Assembly (NCBI RefSeq): GCF_023055435.1
Contig: NW_025963813.1
Span: forward strand, 3,844,001-3,908,000
DNA length: 64,000 bases
Source: Haliotis rufescens
Taxonomy: Eukaryota
Direction of reading: 5' to 3'
Part shown: positions 28,364-39,532 of the stretch, piece after piece
Layout of the letters: every line of letters starts with the position of its first letter
How positions within the stretch are numbered: position 1 is the stretch's first letter
Made by a program: the position numbers and the translations under genes
Notes under the pieces: model-generated
Database searches by the model: none
The model's input: the letters and a program-made list of their open reading frames with translations, nothing else
What the model was told of the DNA's origin: nothing

Positions 28364-30186
28364 CTTCACAGTTACGTCTATCCACAGTAGAATAAACGGT
28401 GTGAATGACCATGTAGCAAATACACAAGGCCTTTTATACAAATGGATAAGGAAATCAGGACACTATGAATCGAAATACTCCCAATGGAGAAAGAAAGAGA
28501 ACAAGTTCTATTTTGACTTTTTCCTCAACATGTATTTGTAAACTAACACCAGATTATATAATATCACCTTGGCATTGGAGAGTTTCATTCTTTATTATTT
28601 ACGTCTTCCTGAATAACCATCAAAACATGCTGTGCATTTGTTACGTAAGGCGGCGCCCCTTGGATGTTTCTCTGTTGGATTAAATGCAAGGTGCACTGAC
28701 TCATCCAATGAATTCAAAGCAAATATGACATACAAAAACAATGAATAGACGGGTCTCTATAAAATGCAAGAACAATGATTAGCTGTAAATATCATGTTAC
28801 AATAGGTCTCGTTATGCAGTTTCTTGGTCCCATCAATGACTATTGTAAAATACCTATATCTTAAATGAGCAAACAGTAGATACTGCATGCTTTTCATTTG
28901 ATGAAAATACACCGATATTTAGGGAATTACAACACGTACTACGCCTCCGTCGCCTTATATGCTGCTCGTAGCACCACAACACATACTGTAAGTAATATCT
29001 ACTCAATAATGGACACAGAAGTGACCGTGCAACCACTTATACAGGAAATATATTTACACCTTTCTGAGAAGCGTAGGGATAAAAGAGGGCTACAGTCTGA
29101 AAGCAGAATATGAGACCGCTCCATGTCACACATCTGAGTTGCTTTTTTCAAAGCAGTTAAAAGAACCTAGATAATTAATTCAACTATTGTAGTCTGCATG
29201 TTTAAAATATTTCTTTGAGCTCTTTCCACACGATCGAAATCGCGTACCAATATATGCTGACCGCAGTAACCTGTAAGGGGCATACTATCTCCATCTGACT
29301 CAGCAATACAGTAAACTAAATGTAATGTCAACGGTATTACATTTAAGAAAGAGTGCTAAATGACATCCTATTATGGTGTGCGGATAGTGTATCAATGCAG
29401 TTAGCAAACTGATAGTAAAATGGACAGGTGTGAAGTTAACTAGGTATGGTATGTTGCTACTTTAATACTATTGTAATTCTCCACAAGGTCAGAACTGCTA
29501 AAATGCAGAAACGCCTAAACGTGGACAAGAACAAGGTAGATGTGAAGCATTTGGGGACGATTATGTAGGGTTGAAAATTTTTTAAATCTTGAGACAAAAC
29601 GTATTAGAGGGGAAGAGTTCTGTTTTTGACGCATACACAGTGAAGACAAAATGTTGAAATACATTAAAAGCAAAATGTTCTCATAGGATAGATATAAAGG
29701 TATTTTGCAATTATCAACGGAATCTGTTGAGCTAATTCTAGGGACGATGTGTATGATTTCACTAGTGGAAACTGATATATACCATGTATTTATAAATTGG
29801 CTTTCCGACAACACAGTCAAGGCAAGGAGTGAATTATTTGCAATGTTTAATTGTAAATTACCTTTTGTATTGGGAGGATTCATATGCCAAGAATGGGACT
29901 AAAACTAGCTCTCGCTGCAGCTGTTTTTGTAATCAATAGGATACGGTTCTCCGTATGTGCGTTTGTATTATACATCATGTACCACATAGGTGATATGTGT
30001 TTCTTCTTTTAATTTGCAGGTAAGCAGTAAGTAAATACAAAGTCGAAAAGACATATTCATTTCATGGTTTTATTTGAAGTCGTTTCTCAAAGTTGACATT
30101 GTATAGTGTGGTGTAGTCAACGATTCTATGGCAACGATGGCATCAAATGTCCAGCATTTGATAGAAATGTGAAGAGCCTGTTGAGT

Positions 30187-30836
30187 TTAACCATGGTGGC
30201 CACCGCCTCCATGGCCACCTCCTCCATGGCCGCCGCCACCGTGACCACCACCGTGGCCGCCGCCGCCGCCACCATGACCACCTCCGTGGCCGCCACCTCC
30301 ATGTCCGCCGCCACCATGACCCCCACCACCTTTGCCGCCTCCTCCGTGGCCGCCACCCCCTTTGCCACCGCCTCCTTTTCCGCCACCTCCTCCGTGGCCG
30401 CCACCTCCTTTGCCACCGCCTCCTTTGCCACCACCTCCTTTGCCACCGCCTCCTTTGCCACCGCCTCCTTTGCCACCGCCTCCTTTGCCACCACATCCTT
30501 TTCCACCGCCTCCATGTCCTCCTCCGCCTCCTTTGCCGCCACCCCCTCCGTGGCCACCATAGGCAGAGCCAAAGAAGGCTGTGAACACTAGAAAGGAGAA
30601 CAGTGCATCTGTAGTTAAATGTCTTTAAAGAACAACGCAAGAATATAGTTTTCAACCTCATAATGTTGCCAATTACCTTTTGTACGCTCTTTAAGTCACG
30701 TTGCTGTAGAAAATAGGCAATGAATTAAAAGATAAGTGAATTTATCAGTCCACATTTCAATAGAACTCACGCAGCTCACGTTTGAAAGTTTGAACTTACC
30801 CAAGGCCACAACGAGTGCAATTTTATAGAGCTGCAT
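30187..30836 (-). CDS. Gly/His/Lys secreted protein copy 13 (145 aa; one GGGGH fewer, one G>C; exons 30836-30800, 30587-30187)
   Basis: Same structure; 15-bp in-frame deletion. Confidence 0.92.
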
Positions 30837-32659
30837 CTTCACAGTTACGTCTATCCACAGTAGAATAAACGGTGTGAATGACCATGTAGCAAATACACAA
30901 GGCCTTTTATACAAATGGATAAGGAAATCAGGACACTATGAATCGAAATACTCCCAATGGAGAAAGAAAGAGAACAAGTTCTATTTTGACTTTTTCCTCA
31001 ACATGTATTTGTAAACTAACACCAGATTATATAATATCACCTTGGCATTGGAGAGTTTCATTCTTTATTATTTACGTCTTCCTGAATAACCATCAAAACA
31101 TGCTGTGCATTTGTTACGTAAGGCGGCGCCCCTTGGATGTTTCTCTGTTGGATTAAATGCAAGGTGCACTGACTCATCCAATGAATTCAAAGCAAATATG
31201 ACATACAAAAACAATGAATAGACGGGTCTCTATAAAATGCAAGAACAATGATTAGCTGTAAATATCATGTTACAATAGGTCTCGTTATGCAGTTTCTTGG
31301 TCCCATCAATGACTATTGTAAAATACCTATATCTTAAATGAGCAAACAGTAGATACTGCATGCTTTTCATTTGATGAAAATACACCGATATTTAGGGAAT
31401 TACAACACGTACTACGCCTCCGTCGCCTTATATGCTGCTCGTAGCACCACAACACATACTGTAAGTAATATCTACTCAATAATGGACACAGAAGTGACCG
31501 TGCAACCACTTATACAGGAAATATATTTACACCTATCTGAGAAGCGTAGGGATAAAAGAGGGCTACAGTCTGAAAGCAGAATATGAGACCGCTCCATGTC
31601 ACACATCTGAGTTGCTTTTTTCAAAGCAGTTAAAAGAACCTAGATAATTAATTCAACTATTGTAGTCTGCATGTTTAAAATATTTCTTTGAGCTCTTTCC
31701 ACACGATCGAAATCGCGTACCAATATATGCTGACCACAGTAACCTGTAAGGGGCATACTATCTCCATCTGACTCAGCAATACAGTAAACTAAATGTAATG
31801 TCAACGGTATTACATTTAAGAAAGAGTGCTAAATGACATCCTATTATGGTGTGCGGATAGTGTATCAATGCAGTTAGCAAACTGATAGTAAAATGGACAG
31901 GTGTGAAGTTAACTAGGTATGGTATGTTGCTACTTTAATACTATTGTAATTCTCCACAAGGTCAGAACTGCTAAAATGCAGAAACGCCTAAACGTGGACA
32001 AGAACAAGGTAGATGTGAAGCATTTGGGGACGATTATGTAGGGTTGAAAATTTTTTAAATCTTGAGACAAAACGTATTAGAGGGGAAGAGTTCTGTTTTT
32101 GACGCATACACAGTGAAGACAAAATGTTGAAATACATTAAAAGCAAAATGTTCTCATAGGATAGATATAAAGGTATTTTGCAATTATCAACGGAATCTGT
32201 TGAGCTAATTCTAGGGACGATGTGTATGATTTCACTAGTGGAAACTGATATATACCATGTATTTATAAATTGGCTTTCCGACAACACAGTCAAGGCAAGG
32301 AGTGAATTATTTGCAATGTTTAATTGTAAATTACCTTTTGTATTGGGAGGATTCATATGCCAAGAATGGGACTAAAACTAGCTCTCGCTGCAGCTGTTTT
32401 TGTAATCAATAGGATACGGTTCTCCGTATGTGCGTTTGTATTATACATCATGTACCACATAGGTGATATGTGTTTCTTCTTTTAATTTGCAGGTAAGCAG
32501 TAAGTAAATACAAAGTCGAAAAGACATATTCATTTCATGGTTTTATTTGAAGTCGTTTCTCAAAGTTGACATTGTATAGTGTGGTGTAGTCAACGATTCT
32601 ATGGCAACGATGGCATCAAATGTCCAGCATTTGATAGAAATGTGAAGAGCCTGTTGAGT

Positions 32660-33324
32660 TTAACCATGGTGGCCACCGCCTCCATGGCCACCTCCTCCAT
32701 GGCCGCCGCCACCGTGACCACCTCCGTGGCCACCACCACCGTGGCCGCCGCCGCCGCCACCATGACCACCTCCGTGGCCGCCACCTCCATGTCCGCCGCC
32801 ACCATGACCCCCACCACCTTTGCCGCCTCCTCCGTGGCCGCCACCCCCTTTGCCACCGCCTCCTTTTCCGCCACCTCCTCCGTGGCCGCCACCTCCTTTG
32901 CCACCGCCTCCTTTGCCACCACCTCCTTTGCCACCGCCTCCTTTGCCACCGCCTCCTTTGCCACCGCCTCCTTTGCCACCACCTCCTTTGCCACCGCCTC
33001 CATGTCCTCCTCCGCCTCCTTTGCCGCCACCCCCTCCGTGGCCACCATAGGCAGAGCCAAAGAAGGCTGTGAACACTAGAAAGGAGAACAGTGCATCTGT
33101 AGTTAAATGTCTTTAAAGAACAACGCAAGAATATAGTTTTCAACCTCATAATGTTGCCAATTACCTTTTGTACGCTCTTTAAGTCACGTTGCTGTAGAAA
33201 ATAGGCAATGAATTAAAAGATAAGTGAATTTATCAGTCCACATTTCAATAGAACTCACACAGCTCACGTTTGAAAGTTTGAACTTACCCAAGGCCACAAC
33301 GAGTGCAATTTTATAGAGCTGCAT
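32660..33324 (-). CDS. Gly/His/Lys secreted protein copy 14 (150 aa; exons 33324-33288, 33075-32660)
   Basis: Same structure as copy 1. Confidence 0.92.
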
Positions 33325-35119
33325 CTTCACAGTTACGTCTATCCACAGTAGAATAAACGGTGTGAATGACCATGTAGCAAATACACAAGGCCTTTTATAC
33401 AAATGGATAAGGAAATCAGGACACTATGAATCGAAATACTCCCAATGGAGAAAGAAAGAGAACAAGTTCTATTTTGACTTTTTCCTCAACATGTATTTGT
33501 AAACTAACACCAGATTATATAATATCACCTTGGCATTGGAGAGTTTCATTCTTTATTATTTACGTCTTCCTGAATAACCATCAAAACATGCTGTGCATTT
33601 GTTACGTAAGGCGGCGCCCCTTGGATGTTTCTCTGTTGGATTAAATGCAAGGTGCACTGACTCATCCAATGAATTCAAAGCAAATATGACATACCAAAAA
33701 AATGCAAGAACAATGATTAGCTGTAAATATCATGTTACAATAGGTCTCGTTATGCAGTTTCTTGGTCCCATCAATGACTATTGTAAAATACCTATATCTG
33801 AAATGAGCAAACAGTAGATACTGCATGTTTTTCATTTGATGAAAATACACCGATATTTAGGGAATTACAACACGTACTACGCCTCCATCGCCTTATATGC
33901 TGCTCGTAGCACCACAACACATACTGTAAGTAATATCTACTCAATAATGGACACAGAAGTGACCGTGCAGCCACTTATACACAAGATATTTACACCTATC
34001 TGAGAAGCGTAGGGATACAAGAGGGCTACAGTCTGAAAGCAGAATATGAGACCGCTCCATGTCACACATCTGAGTTGCTTTTTTCAAAGCAGTTAAAAGA
34101 ACCTAGATAATTAATTCAACTATTGTAGTCTGCATGTTTAAAATATTTCTTTGAGCTCTTTCCACACGATCGAAATCGCGTACCAATATATGCTGACCAC
34201 AGTAACCTGTAAGGGGCATACTATCTCCATTTGACTCAGCAATACAGTAAACTAAATGTAATGTCAACGGTATTACATTCAAGAAGGAGTGCTAAATGAT
34301 ATCCTATTATGGTGTGCGGATAGTGTATCAATGCAGTTAGCAAACTGATAGTAAAATGGACAGGTGTGAAGTTAACTAGGTATGGTATGTTGCTACTTTA
34401 ATACTATTGTAATTCTCCACAAGGTCAGAACTGCTAAAATGCAGAAACGCCTAAATGTGGACAAGAACAAGGTAGATGTGAAGCATTTGGGGACGATTAT
34501 GTAGGGTTGAACATTTTTTTAAATCTTGAGACAAAACGTATTATAGGGGAAGAGTTCTGTTTTTGACGCATACACAGTGAAGACAAAATGTTGAAATACA
34601 TTAAAAGTAAAATGTTCTCATAGGATAGATATAAAGGTATTTTGCAATTATCAACGGAATCTGTTGAGCTAATTCTAGGGACGATGTGTATGATTTCACT
34701 AGTGGAAACTGATATATACCATGTATTTATAAATTGGCTTTCCGACAACACAGTCAACGCAAGGAGTGAATTATTTGCAATGTTTAATTGTAAATTACCT
34801 TTTGTATTGGAGGATTCATATGCCAAGAATGGGACTAAAACTAGCTCTCGCTGCAGCTGTTTTTGTAATCAATAGGATACGGTTCTCCGTATGTGCGTTT
34901 GTATTGTACATCATGTACCACATAGGTGATATGTGTTTCTTCTTTTAATTTGCAGGTAAGCAGTAAGTAAATACAAAGTCGAAAAGACATATTCATTTCA
35001 TGGTTTTATTTGAAGTCGTTGAAAGTTGACATTGTATAGTGTGGTGTAGTCAACGATTCTATGGCAACGATGGCATCAAATGTCCAGCATTTGATAGAAA
35101 TGTGAAGAGCCTGTTGAGT

Positions 35120-35514
35120 TTAACCATGGTGGCCACCGCCTCCATGGCCACCTCCTCCATGGCCGCCGCCACCGTGACCACCTCCGTGGCCACCACCACC
35201 GTGGCCGCCGCCACCGCCACCATGACCACCTCCGTGGCCGCCACCTCCATGTCCGCCGCCACCATGACCCCCACCACCTTTGCCGCCTCCTCCGTGGCCG
35301 CCACCCCCTTTGCCACCGCCTCCTTTTCCGCCACCTCCTCCGTGGCCGCCACCTCCTTTGCCACCGCCTCCTTTGCCACCACCTCCTTTGCCACCGCCTC
35401 CTTTGCCACCGCCTCCTTTGCCACCGCCTCCTTTGCCACCACCTCCTTTTCCACCGCCTCCATGTCCTCCTCCGCCTCCTTTGCCGCCACCCCCTCCGTG
35501 GCCACCATAGGCAG
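35120..35514 (-). pseudogene. Truncated copy 15: exon 2 body only; no acceptor, exon 1 or promoter
   Basis: Homology stops at ataggcag (35514) and jumps to 3'-flank sequence and a SINE. Confidence 0.88.
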
Positions 35515-35520
35515 TAAGTA

Positions 35521-35686
35521 GTGAGTGAGTGAGTATGGTTTTACGCCGCATTTAGCAATATCCCAGCAATATCCCGGCGGGGTACACTAGAAATGGGCTT
35601 CACACATTGTACCCATGTCGGGAATCGAAGCCGGGTCTTTGGCGTGACGAGCGAACGCTTTAAACACTAGGCTACCCGACCGCCCC
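35521..35686 (-). mobile_element. tRNA-derived SINE (family A; tRNA-Asp-like head, (TCAC)n tail)
   Basis: Reverse strand reads GGGGCGGTCGGGTAGCCTAGTG..CTCGTCACGCC..GCTTCGATTCCC (A/B boxes) and ends GCGGCGTAAAACCATACTCACTCACTCAC; flanked by gcagtaagta direct repeats. Confidence 0.88.
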
Positions 35687-36984
35687 GTAAGCAGTAAGTA
35701 AATACGAAGTCGAAAAGACATATTCATTTCATGGTTTTATTTGAAGTCGTTTCTCAAAGTTGACATTGTATAGTGTGGTGTAGTCAACGAGGCTATGGCA
35801 ACGATGGCATCAAATGTCCAGCATTGAGGCGGTCTGCGCTGAATTGGAAAATGAGTTGTATTTCAAAATGTCAGGAGATAAAGTATTTGAAAATGAATGA
35901 CATAAACTGTACATGCAGATCCTATTTCTACACAGCCGCCATTTTGTAGTCATGGATAGATGGGAGATGACAACGTGAGAGAAAAATCACTTCCGCGTTT
36001 CCGCTGTGTTGTCAATCAATTGCGAAGGGAAAGATCTTGTGTTAACGAATTTCTATGTCGATTTTAGGTTAATCGAGGCGAATAATAACGAAAATTACCG
36101 TTGCTATACAGTGTTTAAAACACCCGACAGCCAGAGACGGTCTATTTTACTGACGAGCGGTCAGTGTTGAAGAGTTGCACGCCCGATGGTCGGGCTATTA
36201 TTGTATTCCCTAAAGTACCTTTCTAGTTTTGATTCAATATAAGAGGTAAATGAACTGCTGTAGACGTTAAACACATTATTCAGTCCTTTCCTCGTATGTT
36301 GATATCAATTTTCTGTCCTCATTTTCCAGTGGCCAAATGCTAGAAATATTCAATCAGAACGCACGTAGTTAATGTTTTAGGCTTGTATTCTAAAAAAGTG
36401 CGATGCCTACTGTTTGTGTGGAGCTCTGGTCAATGATGCCAAAATGGCGACGTCCTAGCAATGGGCATGTGTTCGATATCGGTGGTTTATAGGCCGTCTT
36501 GGCTGTTCTGTAATTATGGATATGAGTTTTTAGATATGGATGAATCAGACTTGGAAATTCACGAATAAAGCTTTCAACGAGTGAAAGTTACTAAGTTGAC
36601 CATCTACCAGTTTGTTATAGTCTGAGAACTAACATCCAACGGTACTATTCTAATGTTTACTCTTTTGTTACTTGTGTTCGTTTGTCGAGAAAATTCTGGA
36701 CTGGCAACATTTTATCTGCTTTGGTAACTTTGCAAATATGTCAGTCTGGTTTTCTGACTGAAATGTTGGGGAATTCTCTAAACTGTGTCAAAAACATATT
36801 ATTTTAACGAATGTACCGGAACACAGGCACAACGTTGAAACACGCATCGTTTGAAGAGCGTACTGCGGTATGCCGGTGTACCGGTAATACTGTAGTCTTA
36901 GACTGTGATCCCGTCTTATACATAATGCGAGGTCACACCAAACATTCATCCATGGGATTCACATTCGTCAACAGTAAATTCTCA

Positions 36985-37432
36985 TGAGTTAGTGAGTGTG
37001 GATTTACGCCGCTTTTAGCAATATTCCAGCAATATCACGGCGGGAGAAATCACACATTTTACCCATGTCGGGAATCGAACCCGGGTCTTCGGCGTGAAGG
37101 GGGCACGGGTGGCCCAGTCGGTCGTCAAAGGCGACGCGATTCGCTGTGCAGAGTTGCGTCCCTTGGGCACGCCAGAAACCTATGATTGTGGGTTCGAATC
37201 CCGGTTCGCCCCGATTATGTTTCTAGGTTTGTAGGCACCATACCCGTGCCCGTGGGTTTCACCGAAGTGGTAAACGTCTGAGACCTGCATCACTTCGGGC
37301 TTTCCACCCACATTAAGCTGACACGCCTTGATATAACTGGAATACTGTTAAAAGCGGCGTTAAACCCAACTCACTCACTCATTTCGGCGTGACGAGCGAA
37401 CGCTTTAACCACTAGGCTATCCGGCCGCCTCC
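36985..37432 (-). mobile_element. SINE family A copy interrupted by a nested SINE
   Basis: 36985-37097 and 37383-37432 join into a family A copy. Confidence 0.85.
37098..37382 (+). mobile_element. tRNA-derived SINE family B, nested, 10-bp TSD
   Basis: A box TGGCCCAGTCGG, B box GGTTCGAATCC, (TCAC)n tail; TSD ttcggcgtga at 37088-37097 and 37383-37392. Confidence 0.88.
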
Positions 37433-38273
37433 TTTTGAGCATGAACAGTTTGTTTAAGAAAAAAATATTATAGCGAACCTTTTTGCACAATGGATAAAAT
37501 TACAACAAAATATTGATTGTGACCCGACTGCAGAATCTACACGGTGATAGGGCTGGACTATGTGTGACTGCGGCATAATACAACATCCACTCACTTGTAC
37601 TTGGTAGCCAAATGATTTGCTTTTCATATGATTGTCATATTGCAGGGATATTGCTGAGTGTGGTGTTAAGCAATGAAGAAAAAAGAATAACCGTTTTTGT
37701 TAATACTTTATATCTAAAGCTGCTACATCGCGTTCTAGATCGAAGATAGTCTCGCGACGCTCAGGGTAGGGCGGCATATGACTTGAATTAATTCAACAGA
37801 GGGGGGTTTATTGACTTACCTACGTCACTACACACCTTGAAACTAATTTAAAAAAACATCGTATGTGTCGTTGAGTGTCGCATCACGATGAACATGTTGC
37901 GCTACGGGAGCGCCTCGCATATATAAACAGGACTGGTAAACATCGTTGAACCTAAAAAAAAGAAACCCGCGCTTCATTATAAAGGGAATGCTTTGAAATG
38001 CGCCCCAGACAGCGGTATTCCAGCAATATCCCGACGACTTGTAAATAGTCGAGTGAGGGCCATGCAAACCAGTGATTGATAGCATGAACATCGAGCCTCG
38101 TCACACATTGCAACACACTGTAAATCACTCATTGCAGCCAAAGATGGGTTCTCGGTGCCTATTCAACCGAAGTCAAATTTGGTATAACTTTAGCAAATAA
38201 TTTAATAAAAAAGCCGATTTACATGATTTCACCCTGGTCACTAACGTTTTGGACTCTTTTCTTTATACTTTGT

Positions 38274-38397
38274 GGGGCGGATGGGTAGCAGAATGGTTAA
38301 GACGTTCGCTCGTCACGCCGGGTTCGATTCCTTTCGTGAGTAAAAATCTAAGGCCCATTCTTTTGTCGCCAAAAAAGTGGCGTCCACACTCACTCAC
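38274..38397 (+). mobile_element. Degenerate SINE family A
   Basis: ggggcggatgggtagc..cgttcgctcgtcacgccgggttcgattcc..cactcactcac. Confidence 0.75.
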
Positions 38398-39532
38398 TTC
38401 GACTTCGTATTAATGCATAAACACATAACAGAAAATCAAAATAAATTGATCATTGATTTTCCTCCTTGTTAGAAAATCAGAAGTGACGATGCAATGTTTT
38501 AAATTTAATTTATATTTTATTGATGTCTATGTAACTGGAATATTCATGACAATATTCACTCACTCACTAAAGTATGTAAAATAAAGTAGACAGACAGACA
38601 GACAGACAGATAATCATTTATTTGAGTCTCACCCCAGTAATACAGTATCAAATTTACAAACATGTGTAAAACAACATAAAATTATTGCTTAGGCCACTCA
38701 ATGCAGAGTTACGAGAGACTAAAACGGTAGTCTGCAGCTAGGGATCGCTAAGTAATCAGCGTGGCAAGCAATCGTTGAGAAAACAAAGTGCGCCAGGTGC
38801 TCCTCCTCCGACTCACGGCAGTATCCGGGTACGGACGTGAGCCGGGTCTCATCACTGCTGTCAGCTCGGAACAAACCGGGGAATCCCCTTTCTGTGAACA
38901 TTGCATTTCCCATGTAAGCAGCTGAATGTGAAAGAATATGAACCGACCATTTCATGTTCTGGGATGCGGCTGGGAATAATTTTGACTAATTTTTTTCATA
39001 AATTACTGCCTCAAATTTTGTCTCAGGATTTAAAAAAGAAGTAAAAAACAAATTAAGTGGACACGATGAATGTGCAGAAGATGTGTGTGAAAAAAATAAA
39101 TATTCGTCGTGAAGCAGTGAAAAAATATACAGTGCCGGACAAAAGAAAGTATACACCCGGGTTTGATGGTGACTAGAAATGAAACAAACAAGAAATGACG
39201 GGGATGTATTTTATACGGGCATCATACTTGTGTTCAAGCTTAAGTTTGCAGTGTTTAGGTGACTGATTTCAGCCTAATAACGTTTCTATAATAATTTGTA
39301 GTTTTTTAGTCCATTCAAATTTTTTATCCGAGAAAGTTTCGTAGTCGGTCCCTTGAGGAACCAGGATGTCCTGTTGCATCCAGCTTTAGCTAGGATGTCA
39401 CTCTGACTATTTGACTATTGAAACAGTGTTTATAATGAGATCATCGCTACGTATACCTGTGTATATATAGAACCCAGTGTAACACGTGAGGCGATGAGGG
39501 TTTGGAGGTGATGACGGCATTTTGACATCGAT

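Larger units (their letters stand above)
1..35825. repeat. Tandem gene array, ~2488-bp unit: 14 complete units, a truncated 15th and a 3'UTR remnant; continues beyond the window's left edge
   Basis: The same ORF set recurs with stop-to-stop periods 2488,2488,2473,2488,2488,2488,2491,2488,2488,2503,2489,2488,2473,2460. Units differ by scattered SNPs and indels. Homology ends at ~35825 (ccagcatt|gaggcgg). Confidence 0.98.

Noticed and set aside
35120-35551. 143-aa ORF MRRKTILTHSLLT.. as an intact 15th gene
   Set aside because: Its ATG lies in the SINE tail; no signal peptide or promoter
35600-35686. tRNA genes at SINE heads (also 37099, 38274, 62729)
   Set aside because: They continue into SINE bodies with microsatellite tails, and TSDs where the copy is intact; acceptor stems are not intact
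1-35825. Array as an assembly artefact or a CRISPR-like array
   Set aside because: Units carry patterned private and shared variants. There is no repeat-spacer structure with unique spacers, and the context is eukaryotic. Exact copy number still needs long-read confirmation.
39128-39158. Tc1-like terminal sequence ta-cagtgccggacaaaagaaagtatacaccc
   Set aside because: No partner TIR or transposase found nearby; too little to call an element
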